NCBI RefSeq assembly: GCF_018350175.1
Contig: NC_058368.1
Location: 41,604,001 to 41,668,000, forward strand
Length of the DNA: 64,000 nt
Direction: 5' to 3'
Origin: Felis catus
Taxonomy: Eukaryota
Both the position numbers and the translations under genes were made by a program. Positions 37,106 to 49,089 of this stretch are shown piece by piece. The notes under the pieces are model-generated. The model was not told the DNA's origin. It worked only from the letters and a program-made list of their open reading frames with translations, and searched no databases. How positions within the stretch are numbered: the first letter of the stretch is position 1; each line of letters opens with the position of its first letter.

Positions 37106-37729
37106 CTCATTTTCCTCAAGTTCAAATCTCTGGGACTTCTAGCGGTTTCTTGCTGGAATGTGGAGACCAAACAGAGCTGGTCCACAGCTTACCCTTCTGA
37201 GCTTCCTGCTCCAGCTGTAGCATTATAGGGAGCTTCATAGCCATGCATTTGTGTATCATAGTCCAATTTCCAAATACTTTGTCTCCAGAGAGCAAAAAGT
37301 CATTTGTTGGACCTGCAGTTGAATCCTACTATGGTACGGTCCTTCCTCTAGAAGATCCACACGGAAGAGAGAACTTTGCAAGCCTCGTAACTGGACTTAC
37401 AGTCGTCTGGGCGGGGAATTTGGACTCCAGGACACATCTAGAAATCGGGGCATGGAACCCGACCCGAGAAGACCTCCTGCCCCTTGAATAGGAGTGCACG
37501 TGGAAAGCACAGGGCCAGGACTGGAAACTTCTTATTACAGAATAATGGTGGTTATCTCAAGTCAGAAAATAGGAATAACTTTAAATTCTCTTTTTTAAAT
37601 GGTAAAAACAGAACTGAAAGCTGGGCAATTCTGGCTGGGCTCACTGATGAATTTCTCTATGAGACGCCATTTCAGCAGCCATGACGCCACGGCTGGAACG
37701 TGCACCGCTGCCTCCTTTCCTTTACACTT

Positions 37730-38580
37730 TTTCAACCACTGCAGTCTTGCTTTTGTAGCAGCCCACCTACCGGAATAGTTCTGGCATCAATGACCTTCTG
37801 ATTGCCAAAAACAGTGGACATTTCACAGAACTTACCTCACTGGTAATAACAGTGTTTCTGGAAGGCTATCACTCAATCAGCTCTTCCTGCTTTTTTGCAA
37901 GGGTGGGAACATGATGTAGGATGGCCATAGGACATATTTTATGCTCCTGAGGTAGTCATGTGATCCAAGTGGAGCCAAACAGAATCCTTTTACAGGATTT
38001 ATATGGATGCTAGGGGAGAGAAAGTTATGTTGTCTGTCCCCAGCTCTGGATTAAAAGATGAGCCTGTAACTGCTCTGGAGAAAAAAAAAAAAAAAGGATT
38101 GAGAGGGGGAGTGAGAGAGAGAGAGAGAGAGGGAGAGAGACGAAGTGAAAGGCAGGGGGAGGGAGAGAGAGAGAGAGAGAGAGGGAGAGAAACTCCTGAT
38201 GTTTGAATACCCTAGATCCAGTCATAACTGATCCAGTCAGGCATCACCTTGGATTTCCCATAAAATGTATTCATGCAGATATTCGTTGCTTTAAATGGTT
38301 TGAATTAGGTTTGTTCCATTCATAACTAGAAGCATTCGAATTGCTCTGTTGTGCACAGCACTCTTGAACATTACCTCTGTTTTTTAATTCTTCCTGCCCT
38401 AAATTTCTAAGATACATTTCTCTAGCTTTCCCTCCTGCATTTTTTAATACTACATTTATTGATTTCTTTCTCTATCTGTCCCTTGAATGTGGATATATCT
38501 CAGCCCTTTGTCATTTCATTCAATAAACTCTCTTTGGATAAAAACACCAACATCCATTGTCTACTCCCTTTATGTATACT
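37730..38580 (+). mobile_element. L2 fragment interrupted by an MLT1J/K-like LTR (~37870-38345) containing a (GA)n tract
   Basis: caatgaccttctgattgccaaaaacagtggacattt (L2); gtcatgtgatccaagtggagccaaacagaatc and cctagatccagtcat...ggtttgaattaggttt (MLT1). Confidence 0.6.
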
Positions 38581-38908
38581 ATTGTTCCAGCCAGGTCCCT
38601 AAATAGAGAAAACAGATAAAATTCACTGAATCTTCCTATGCTTTGGTTCAGGAACTGCTTTCACCACCCACTTCCTCAACTGCGCATCTTCATCAGACAT
38701 TGTTGTACATGATTTAACAACGTGAACCTAGCTTCACACCCTGACTCTTGTTTTTTTAGTTTTTTTCCTTTGTTCTTTCACCAGTACAATTCCTGTTCAT
38801 ACTGGAGGAGATAACCTGATTTTGAAAACATTCTCTAGCACATTTCTTAGTATCATCAGGTGATACATCAAACTTTACTTCTTGGTGAACAAGATCTAGC
38901 ACCTAGAT

Positions 38909-39070
38909 CAGTGGTCCTCAAATTTTAGCAGCCATAAGAATCACTTGGAAAAACTGGTGACATACAGAATGCTGTCAGCATTTTTGATTCAATAAGTATA
39001 GGGTAGGACCTGAGTATGTGAATTTCTGACAAGTTCACAGGGAATATTGATGCTACTCGTGTGGACCATA
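38909..39070. mobile_element. MER5A-like hAT-Charlie relic
   Basis: cagtggtcctcaaattttag...agaatcacttgga...tttctgacaagttcacagggaatattgatgct...ggacca. Confidence 0.8.
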
Positions 39071-39084
39071 GGAATAATTCTGAT

Positions 39085-39878
39085 ATAGTCCATATTCTTT
39101 TTGTTATTTTTTGTATTGCAAACCCTTGTATTATGCATTTCTCTTTAGCGTGGGAGGAGCCTATGACTTTTTTTGTAACCAATAGAATATGGCAAAAGTG
39201 ATGGGATATTAACTTGCTGACTATATTATAATATCTAAGACTCTACTATACGAGACAAGAGACAGAGAAGTTCTCCTGCTGGCCTGGAAGAAACAAGCAG
39301 CCATGTTGTGATTGTGAACCACCTATAGAGAAGCCACAGAGATATAAGGTTTGCCTCTAAGACAGCCACTAAGAAGCTGGGACCCTCAGTCACACAATCA
39401 CAAGGATATGAATTCTGTCAAAAATCTAAATAAGCTTGAATGTAGAATTTTTCCCAGTTGAGTAGCCTGATGAAAATACAGTCTAGCCAGCACCTTTCTT
39501 GAAGACTTGTGAGATCCTGAGCAAGGGACCTAAATAAGCAATGGCTGGATCCTGACCCATGGAAACTGTGAGATAATAAATATGTGTTGTGGAGTGCTTG
39601 GGTGGGTCAGTCAGTTAAGCGTCCAACTCTTGATTTTGATTCAGGTTATGATCTCACGGCTAGTGGGATTGAGCCCTGTGCCAAGATCTGGGCTCTGTGC
39701 CGATGGCACAGAGCCTGTGTGAAATTCTCTCTCTCTCCCTGCCCCTCCTGAGCTTCTGTTCTCTTTTACTCAAAATAAATACATAAACTTAAAAAAACAA
39801 GACAAAAAAACAAAAACCAAAACAAATGTGTGTTGTTTGAAGCTGCTAAGTTTGTGGTAATTTGTATTGAATATGATA
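39085..39878 (+). mobile_element. MaLR LTR (MLT1E-like), interrupted by a SINE
   Basis: aaccaatagaatatggcaaaagtgatgggat...tcctgacccatggaaactgtgagataataaa|SINE|tgttgtttgaagctgctaagtttgtggtaatttgt. Confidence 0.87.
39591..39823 (+). mobile_element. Can-SINE nested in MLT1
   Basis: TSD aaat(a/g)tgtgttgt at 39578-39590 and 39824-39836. Confidence 0.95.
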
Positions 39879-39919
39879 TCTTCTAAAGTATTATCCCCAG
39901 CATCAACCTCTGCAAAGCT

Positions 39920-40430
39920 CACACTGCCTACAAGATAAAATGTAAACACCTTAGTAGGGCATAGAAGGCTTTTTATGAAAGGTGTCTTGCTTTCTTCTGT
40001 AATTTCAGTACTCAATTCGTTGTCCCTCCTGTTTAGTACCAAGCTATTTCAACTCTTCTCGTCAAATTTGGCACACACTGTACTGTATATCACGACCTCT
40101 GAACAATTTCTAACTGAGAATTCATCATTTTGCACCCATTCTTATCTCTTTCCAAATTCACTTCTGATGCTGTCATTTTCTGTGAACCTTCCATGACACT
40201 ACCCATCAACCCAACTCCTGAGCCTATTTATAATCTTCCCCTCGAAGCACCACGTGTTTACCTCTTATTTTGCAGTTGCCACATTTGTCTTGCAAAGTCA
40301 GAGTGCTTTTCTGTCTCCACAAGTAGATGTCAGCAACTTGAGAGCAAGAGTTTCCCTTTAGTTTGTTTGTATCACTGCCTATCAGGTGGTACCCATTCAA
40401 TGGTTTAACCAAGAACAATAATTTGTGAGA
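39920..40430 (+). mobile_element. L2 3' fragment (decayed)
   Basis: gataaaatgtaaacaccttagtagggcatagaaggct; ttctgtgaaccttccatgac; agatgtcagcaacttgagagcaag. Confidence 0.65.
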
Positions 40431-41459
40431 GAATTACATGTATTTAAATTTTTTTTTTATTTATTAAGATATCATTCATTCAAAGAAAACCCCACTAGGA
40501 ATCTTTAGAGAGGGTAAAAATATAAGATAGACTAAGAAGTATCTGAAATCACGATATATGTGGCAATCCCTTAACAGGAATGAGACATAAAGAACAATAG
40601 GAGGTCTCTGATTAATTATGATAGGTAGGTCAAACCCTGAATTACACTTGTATTTTCCAAGCACTCCATTATGCTACTTTATAATATGCTGTTTCACACT
40701 AAAATAATGCCACAAATTTAAGTTTTATATAGCTCTACATGGATATTCTCTTTGAATAAATCAACTATTGTTATCACTTTTGATTGGAGATATTTAATTC
40801 AATTACTAAGTAAATAGATAATCATATAGTTTATAATAACCCAATTTTGAATGTATTACATTGAGAGCACTTTAATAGTGTTTTAAAAAAAAGTGGTGTA
40901 TTACATTTTCTATTTCATTAAAAATAAATCTCATTCCCTTATAATTTTTCCTTACTTTTCTGGGAAATTAGTTTTAAAAGGTTTTATAGCCTCTAGATAT
41001 ATATTTCAATGCCTCACATGAGAAAAGTTTTTCATTTACAGTTTTACTACTCTGCTTCTTCATATGTATATTCTCCTTAAAAGTATTATTCATTGTAATA
41101 ATCACATTGAATTCTTTCTTCTTTCTCCTCGTATGATAGACGAGTGAAAGTTTAATCTCATGTGACCACCTTAATAAATACAATATGTAAGGTACACACA
41201 TTTACACAAGAATTATAATAAATAGATATAATTTCATAAAGTTAGGTAATATGACAAAGAAGTATTATTTAAGTGAAATCTACTACATTTAGTGAGTCAA
41301 ACCTATGTGCCCTCGGGATAAGAAAACCGCAATAACTATTTCAATAAAGATATTTACAGACTTCCCAAACCTTCTTTCTTATAAAAATATTTAAATTGCT
41401 AACATAAAAAGGTAAGAGATCACACGGCTTGTGTTCATCATTAATCTACTAACACTACG

Positions 41460-41871
41460 TGTTATGGACTGAATTGTGTCCTCTCAAAATTCATGTACTG
41501 AAACCCCTAACACACCCAACACCTCCGAAAGTGACTATATTTGGAGATAGGGCCTTGGAAGCAACAGTGAGGTTAAAATGAGGTTGTTAGAGCAGACCTT
41601 AATCTAATCTGACTGGTGTCCTTATAAGAAGAGATTAGGACCTACAGAGAAATACCAGGGATGCACATAACAGAGGATAGGCCATGGCAGGACCCAGCAA
41701 GAAGGCCACAGTCTACAAGCCTGGGAGAGAGGCCTCAGGATGAACCAAACCTGGCAGCACACTGATCTTAAACTTGCAGCCTCCAGAACTATGAAAAAAT
41801 TAAAATAAATTTCTGTTGTGTAAGCCACTGTTTTTATGGTACTTATTATGGCAGCCTGGCATACTAACGCA
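41460..41871 (+). mobile_element. MaLR LTR (MLT1B-like), near full length
   Basis: tgttatggactgaattgtgtcctctcaaaattcat...gcagcctccagaactatga...atggcagcctggcatactaacgca. Confidence 0.92.
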
Positions 41872-41921
41872 CTGCCCAGTGCTCCCTCAGTACCGCCAAG
41901 GGTATGATGAAAACCGTGGTA

Positions 41922-42027
41922 CTTTTTTTCTTCTTTTAAGCACACTCTACACCCAACATGAGGCTCAAACTCATAACCCTGAGATCAAAAGTCACATGCT
42001 CTACCAACTGAGACATCCAGGCACCCC
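41922..42027 (-). mobile_element. Short tRNA-derived old Can-SINE head
   Basis: ccctgagatcaaaagtcacatgctctaccaactgagacatccaggcacccc plus T-run. Confidence 0.85.
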
Positions 42028-43376
42028 ACCACAGTGCTAAGATTGAAAAAAAATTAACACATTTATCACCTTTTGAAAAATGAAAGATAAAAATAACTGC
42101 TGATGCTATAAATATTTCTCAGTAGCAATTTTAGAAGAGATGCATAAACTTAGATCTATCCTTATTAGTGTTAGTGCTCTTTCCTCTCCCTCTCCACCCC
42201 CTTCTTTTTTTTTTTTTTTTTACCTTGACACAAACCTGCTCTGTCCTGTGTCTCACAGAAACACTAATCTGAGTGTACTACACTAAAATTGGGCGGGGTG
42301 GGGGGGGGAGTGGTAGCTGTATTTAATGTATCCCTAAAGTATTTACTTTAGCAATAAAACGTAAGGAGACAAGGAGAGACTTTCGTCTTAAAACCTATGC
42401 CAGAATATTGAAACACAAATAGACTACATAAGATGCAAGGGTTTTAAAAATTGCTTTGTACGTATCATTGCAAAGGCAACTTATTTGGTCTTTACAATTA
42501 AAATGATAAGCACCAGGTTAAGAAACTTTGAAGTACCTTCTGTTTTGTAAACAAGCATGAAATTTAACAGATGAAAATTTTCTTTATCTCGGCAACCTGT
42601 ATTATGGCTGGCATTATTTAATTAATGCAAAATGAAAAATACATGATTCCAGGTATTACTGAATGAGTTTTCCTAGGCTGATGATTGAACTCATAAAATA
42701 TGTAATTATTATTCAGCTAAATAAAATGAACATATTGTTATCTATTAATATACCATGAGCCAAAGCCTTTTATTAAACTCTTTATGGCTTTATGAATGAA
42801 AACTATCATGAATTTTTCTCATTATATTCTTGATATAAAGAAACAGCATTTTATGATCGTTATTACATAAGAAGACACCTATTCTATACAAAATTTAATT
42901 CTACTAGTTAAAGATCATTTTTAAAGTACTTAGGCTACTATGGTAGCAAATATTATATCTTGAAGTCATTGAACAATATACCAGCTGACAAGCTAACAGA
43001 AAATTGAAAGACAATTTTCAATACTATGCTCCAACTAAATGCCAATTTAGAAACTAAATATAACTCCTGGATTCTGTTTGCCCTTTAAAAATTACATTCT
43101 AAAGTTTAGGAGTAGAACGAAATTTTCTGTAAGTTCCATATTCTCAAGTCTTGGGGCTAAGGTAAATTTTGTTCCAAAAGAATGGGCAGTGTTACTTAAA
43201 ATGCAAAAGCCATTCCCAAATCTATACACAGATATTACATCTTTTAAGTAAGAAAAAAAAAATGTTAGAACTCTGAACTTCCCAGTTATCAAAGTAATGA
43301 GGAACAGACCGGGTGACAAAATATAGTTACACTGCTAGGAAGAAGTGACCCACATTTGTATATACGATCTTAGGTG

Positions 43377-43720
43377 ATTCATTCAACAAACATTTATGAA
43401 CATTTAACTATGTGTCAGGTATGTGCTATGTGCTAGAGTAATGCCAAGATCCAGTCCCTGAAACTGAAGAGTTCATAAACAATTGCGAGGTAGCAGAGGA
43501 ACCAATGATAACCCAGTGTGGTAAGAGACAGGCAAGGGGTAAGAGATAGGCAAGAGGTACTGTATGGAAGTTCCCATGAAAACAATCATCGCAAACAACA
43601 TACATAGATAAGAGTGGACAAGTGTTGGTTTCTTGCAGGAGATGATATATATACAAGCTTTAGAAAATGAGTAAAAAGTTGGCTAGACAGAGAATCATGT
43701 GCAAAGACACAGAAGCTCAC
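43377..43720 (-). mobile_element. L2 3' end
   Basis: attcattcaacaaacatttat...tatgtgtcaggtatgtgctatgtgct. Confidence 0.8.
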
Positions 43721-43761
43721 ATACTGTGGCCTATAAGCCGGTGATTGGAATGGCAAAAGGA

Positions 43762-43945
43762 GGGTGTCTGGGTGGTTCAGTCATTTAAGTGACTGACTCT
43801 TGATTTTGGCTCAGGTCATGATCCCAGGGTCATGAGATTAAGCCCCATGTCATGCTCCACACTCAGCATGGAGCATGCTTAAGATTGTTTCTCTTTCCCT
43901 CTGCCCCCCTGCTCATATTCTTTCTGTGTCTCTCTCTCTCTCTCT

Positions 43946-43981
<36 letters not shown>

Positions 43982-44012
43982 AAAGAAAAGAGAAGAGAAA
44001 AAAGGAGAAAAA
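43762..44012 (+). mobile_element. Older Can-SINE with long A/GA tail
   Basis: ggctcaggtcatgatcccagggtcatgag core; TSD aatggcaaa. Confidence 0.95.
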
Positions 44013-44139
44013 AATGGCAAATAGTCAGTGGGAGAAATTATAAAGGGGCTTATTTGTAAATCTGCAGTTACCCAGCAAAAGTTAGTGGGCTTAATGGTTG
44101 GTAATTATGACTAGGTTTGTGATCATGAACCCTATAATC

Positions 44140-44730
44140 AGGAAATCCTGCATTTTAATACTAATTGAGAAAGTTACTTCTTTTTGTGTCAGTATGCTTT
44201 TCTATAAAATGGTAATAGTAATATCTACCTCATAGCTTTGAGATGAAAAATTGAATTAACTAAAATAGATGTAATAAATGGAATGTTTGTGTTTCCATAA
44301 AATTCATATTTTGAAGCCCTAACCCCAAGTGTGACTGAGTTTAGAGATGGGGCTTTAAGGAACTAATTAAGGTTAAACCAGATGGTAAGTGTGGGGCCCT
44401 GATCTGACAGGATTAATTTCCTTCCAAGAAGAGACACCAGAGAGCTCTTTCTTCCTCTCTTTCTCTACATGCATGCACCAAGGAAAGGTCCTGTGAGGAC
44501 AAAGAGAGAGGATAGCAGTCTGCAAGCCAGAAAGAGAGCCCTCACCAGAAACTAAGTGGGCTGAAACCTTGACATTGGACCTCTAGACCTGAGAAATGTG
44601 AGAAAATTAATTTTTGTGTTTAAGCCACCCAGCCTATGGTATTTTGTTATGGCAGTTCAATCAGACTAATAACAAAGGTAAAAGGCAAATCGCTGGGGCT
44701 GACACATAGCAAGAACTCAGTAAATTGAAT
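44140..44730 (+). mobile_element. MIR split by an MLT1A insertion
   Basis: ctataaaatggtaatagtaatatctacctcatag before the LTR and gctgacacatagcaagaactcagtaaat after it. Confidence 0.7.
44270..44673 (+). mobile_element. MaLR LTR (MLT1A-like)
   Basis: gaatgtttgtgtttcc...ttgaagccctaacccc...aagagacaccagagagct...ttaagccacccagcctatggtattttgttatggcag. Confidence 0.92.
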
Positions 44731-44938
44731 CAATACCTAAGAAAGCATAATTCAATTTGCTCTAAGAAAGATAGACCTAAAAGGAGGATGGAGAATGATT
44801 CATAAAGGAACAGAACAGGAGGTGACAAGAACACCTTAGGGGTGCATGTAACCCAGGTGAGATTAAAGGTATGGATAGAAGAGTGGGAAGGGTGTGGAGT
44901 TGGAGAGAGATTTGGAAGCTGTTAAGAAGTAGAGCCTT

Positions 44939-45195
44939 GGGGCGCTTGGGTGGCTCAGTCGGTTAAGCGTCCGACTTCAGCTCAGGTCACGATCTCGCGG
45001 TCAGTGAGTTCGAGCCCCGCGTCAGGCTCTGGGCTGACGGCTCAGAGCCTGAAGACTGCTTCGGATTCTGTGTCTCCCACTCTCTCTGCCCCTTCCCCGT
45101 TCATGCTCTGTCTCTCTCTGTCTCAAAAATAAAATAAAATAAAATAAAATAAAATAAAATAAAATAAAATCGTTAAAAAAAATTAAAAAAAAAAA
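44939..45195 (+). mobile_element. Can-SINE A (young) with (TAAAA)n tail
   Basis: CpG-rich; TSD aagaag(ta/ag)gagcctt on both sides. Confidence 0.98.
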
Positions 45196-45210
45196 AAGAA
45201 GAGGAGCCTT

Positions 45211-45410
45211 GGGGTACCTGGGTGGCTCAGTCAGTTGAGCGTCTGACTTCAGCTCGGGTTATGATTTACTGTTCGGGTCCTACATCGGGTTCTTGCTGAC
45301 AGCTGAGAGCCTGGAGCCTGATTTGGTTTCTGTGTCTCCCTCTCTCTCTGCCCCTCCCCTGCTCACCCTCTGTCTCTCTCTGTCTTTGTCTCTCAAAAAT
45401 GAATAAACAT
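45211..45410 (+). mobile_element. Can-SINE B (B-box region deleted)
   Basis: ggggtacctgggtggctcag head directly after SINE A's TSD. Confidence 0.95.
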
Positions 45411-45420
45411 AATTTTTTTA

Positions 45421-45632
45421 ATGTTTATTTATTTATTTATTTTTTTTCGAGAGAGAGAGACATAGTGTAAACCGGGGAGGGGCAGAGAGAGAGGGAGACA
45501 CAGAATCTGAAGCAGGCTCCAGGCCCAGAGCTGTCAGCCCAGAACCCGACACGGGACTAGAACTCATGAACGGTAAGATCATGACCTGAGCCAAAGCCGG
45601 ACACTTAACCAACTGAGCCACCCAGGTGCCCC
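45421..45632 (-). mobile_element. Can-SINE C inserted in the tail of SINE B
   Basis: TSD aattttttta at 45411-45420 and 45635-45644. Confidence 0.96.
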
Positions 45633-46059
45633 TCAATTTTTTTAAAGAGAGCCTTTAAAATCTAATGGCAACGAGGAAATGAGAAGGTAAGATGAGAGAT
45701 AAGTTGCAGGTATGTATAGGTGTTATTCACATAGGGGACAGTAGAGGAAGTGAGTAATTAGAGGAAGAAACATTAAACTCAGTTTTTGAATTTTTTTTTT
45801 TTTAAGAGACTCTTTGAGCTTCAGAGCAACATCTAGACTGGGATAAAAATTTGGAATTACAACCAAATTCTTCCAGACTTCTTGAATTAACATTTCCTTT
45901 AATACCCAAGAAAATGGCTAGAGGCCCCATCTCATGTGATTATAAAAGTCAAAACCCTTCCCACAATTTGCTAAGGCTTCCAAGAGGATTAACTTTTATG
46001 CTTGTGTTCCATCCAAATTTTAGCTCCAAAAATTTTCTGCATGTGTGTGTGTGTGCATG

Positions 46060-46200
46060 CGCATTAAGGACATTTAATATGAAATCTACCTTCTTAACAA
46101 ATTTTAAGTGCACAGTATGACATAGTTAACCATGGGCACAATGTTGTGAATCAGATCTCTAGAACATGTACAACTTGCAAAGTACCAGGTCAACTAATAG
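46060..46200 (-). mobile_element. L1MA/L1MB-type 3' end fragment
   Basis: catttaatatgaaatctaccttcttaacaaattttaagtgcacagta...gttaaccatgggcacaatgttgt...cagatctctagaac. Confidence 0.82.
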
Positions 46201-46227
46201 CAACTTCAATGTAATCAAATCTTTTAT

Positions 46228-46415
46228 TTTATATATATATAAAGATTTTATATATATATAAAGATTTATATATAAAGACATATATATATATAAAGATTTA
46301 TATATAAAGATTATATATATAAAAGATTGTATATATATATATGTGTATATATATATGTATATATATATACATATATATATATATATACACACATATATAT
46401 GTATATATATATATA
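46228..46415. repeat. (TA)n tract punctuated by repeated AAAGATTT
   Basis: About 6 aaagatt-like units separated by TA runs. Confidence 0.93.
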
Positions 46416-46429
46416 AACAGCTTAGGGTT

Positions 46430-46619
46430 CAAAAACACATATCTCAAGAAAATGAAAGAGAGAAAAGCGGGTAGAAGCTATCTAGCTGTATTGACTCATA
46501 TGACCTGGGCTGGAAAATCATACTGTGTTGTTTTCCATTGCATTTTAATTCTATAAACAAGTTACCAAGACCAGTCCATATTCAAGGGAAGTCCATATTA
46601 GACTCATCTCCTGGAGGAG
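46430..46619 (-). mobile_element. MaLR LTR fragment (MLT1F/G-like)
   Basis: tatgacctgggctggaaaatcatac...ttccattgcatt...ccagtccatattcaaggga. Confidence 0.6.
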
Positions 46620-47084
46620 TGTGCTAGGCTAAATATTACACCCCCACAAAAATGTCCATTTCCTAATCCCAGAAACCCGTATGTATGTTACCTTCCATGG
46701 TAAAGGAAACTTTGCAGATGTGATTAAGTTAAGGATCCTGAGAAGGGAAGAAAGATGATTCTGGATCATCCAGCAGGCCCAATGTAATCACAGAGGTCCT
46801 TTTAAGAGGGAGCAGGAGAATCAGAATCAGAGAAGGAAATATGGTGACAAAAGCAGAGGTCAGAGTGAGGTAGGGCCACAAGCCAAGGCAAGGCAACCCT
46901 CTAGAAGCTGGAAAAGACAAGGAAACAGATTCTCACCTAGAGCTTTCAGAAAACTGGAGTCCTATGTTGATTTTTGAACCCTTTTGGATTCTTAGTGTCT
47001 AGAACTATAACAGTAAATTTGTGTTGTTTTAAACCATTAACTTTGTGATAATTTGTTATATAGCAACAATGTAAAACTAACATA
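46620..47084 (+). mobile_element. MaLR LTR (MLT1D-like), near full length
   Basis: cctaatcccagaaacc...tttgcagatgtgattaagttaaggat...ctctagaagctggaaaagacaaggaaacagattctc...aaactaacata. Confidence 0.92.
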
Positions 47085-47131
47085 AAATGTACCAAACAAT
47101 TTGTGCACAAGTTTTAAATGATTACTTTCAC

Positions 47132-47341
47132 AGGGTGCCTGGGTGGCTCAGTGGGTTGAGTGTCTGACTTTGACTCAGGTCATGATTTTGCAGTTCACGA
47201 GTTCAAGCCCCGCGTGGGGCTCTGTGCTGACAGCTCAAAGGCTGGAGCCTGTTTCGGATTCTTTGTCTCCCTCTCTCTCTGCCCCTCCCCCACTCGCACT
47301 CTGTTTCTCAAAAATAAAGAAACATTAAAAACAAATTTTTA
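47132..47341 (+). mobile_element. Can-SINE (SINEC_Fc type)
   Basis: TSD aaatgat(t/c)actttca at 47116-47130 and 47342-47356. Confidence 0.97.
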
Positions 47342-48399
47342 AAATGATCACTTTCATCATTTTCTTTGACTTGTTGAGAGGCTCAAATGAGTTCATTAAA
47401 AACCCAATATTATGTAGCTTTCACGTCCCAGCATTGGGTTAGATGCTAAGGATATAAAGATGAATTAAACATGATTCTTTTCCCCAATATGCTCACAGAT
47501 AGCATTCATGAAAGGACTTTGTAGAACTCTAAAGGGCAATATAGATGTAATATACTGTGAGTCACTTGTGAAGCTTGATATGCAAACCAACCATTCCTTA
47601 ATTTACTAAATCATAAATCAGAATCAATATTTCAACAGATGGGAACTATGCATACTTCCTAAGTAAATTACAAGCAAATAGAGAAGATAATTTTAAAAAT
47701 TAAATGTCAATAGGATTTGCAATAGACATTTACCACATCTCAAGTAAGAAACCTGTTAGTACAAGTATACAATGGCCACTCTCAGTGCCAAAGCTGCGTT
47801 AATGAGCCTCCAATATGCTGAAAGATGTCCCCTGGGGATGAAAGGCTAGGTTGTTTCTTTCTCTCACCGGACTTTTAACTGAGGCAGCTAACAAGATAGC
47901 CAACTGTGATTTAGACACATATCTGGTACAAATAGATGGACATTGCTAATTTCCTTTGTACAGGTCACTGAACTTATTCCATTAGGTGAAAACTTATGGT
48001 CCCTACATATAGGATCATGAACATACACCTGAGACCAAAAAAAAAAAAAAAAAAAAAAAAAAAGAAAGAAAGAAAGAAAAAAAGGAAAGAGCTTTTCGAA
48101 CTACCTCACTTGCCAAGAAAAGAAAAGCAACAAGAAACAGCAGCCACTGAAGTATCAATTTTGTTATGATATTTAAGTCTTGGAACACCTTGGTACACTT
48201 GAAAATTATAAACACAACTCTAAAGTCTAGAATATATAAATGAGCTCATGAAAATAAAGTTGGTATGAACTAAAGGCTTCTTCAAGAACCATAGCCACTT
48301 TAGTCCTTGAAGAAAGTTAACTGTTCAAAGGAGAACTAACTTAATGATTAGATGTTAAAAAAAAAATACAAGTTCTCAAGAAAGCTTAAAGGAATGATA

Positions 48400-49006
48400 T
48401 TCAGTGGTCCGCCTTGAGGATCTGGGGGAGCCCTCTTTCCACAGGCACAGCTGCTGGCAGCTGGCCAGCATCTCAGGCAGGCAGCTGGCAGGGGACGAGT
48501 GGGCTCTGCCAGCTGGCGCTAAAAAATTAAAATTAAAATTAAGGGAAAAAATAAAACAACCTAAGGCGCGCATGCATAACAATCAAGCCTTGATTCCTGG
48601 TGTTCTCCCTTCTTCTTCAGTCCAGAGGGAAGCCCCGCAGTGAGGGAGCTCCTCCCTCCCGTCCCCCCATCTCTGGTGTTCATCCCCTTTTGAAGTTTTC
48701 TGTGTTCATCGATCCAAGCCACACTTCTGCGGTCATAGTGTGTGCCAAGGAATGTGCTTAGGGCTGAGGATGAAGATATAAATATTAATTACATTCTCGA
48801 CTGCCATAAATATGCAAATTAGTGAGGGTTATGGGCTGATTATAAAATGCCTTAAATCACTGCAGAAAATGGGGTGACCATAGTGCTTACGGCAACTAGA
48901 AGAGAGCCCAGAGGAGACGATAGAAGGCGATAATGACGTCAGAAGAGAAGAAAAATCAAGGTTCTCTCACCTGGACAACAGGGAATAACCTCTTCCCGAG
49001 GTAAGG
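48400..49006. promoter_or_regulatory. Candidate enhancer/promoter
   Basis: No recognisable repeat, locally GC/CpG-richer; CAGCTG at 48448, 48458, 48482, 48510; ATGCAAAT 48812-48819; TGACGTCA 48934-48941. Confidence 0.45.
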
Positions 49007-49089
49007 ACATGAGGAAAGTCATAAAGATATAAAACAGAAGTTGAATTTTAAAATGTTAATATACTATTAAGGTATTGTCTGAGCTGTTA

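Noticed and set aside
41922..42027. Possible tRNA gene
   Set aside because: Degenerate tRNA-derived SINE head with a tail; no convincing cloverleaf
48376..48643. Overlapping 68- and 79-aa ORFs in the GC-rich block
   Set aside because: No recognisable protein; crosses an A-rich low-complexity run; motif content fits a regulatory role better
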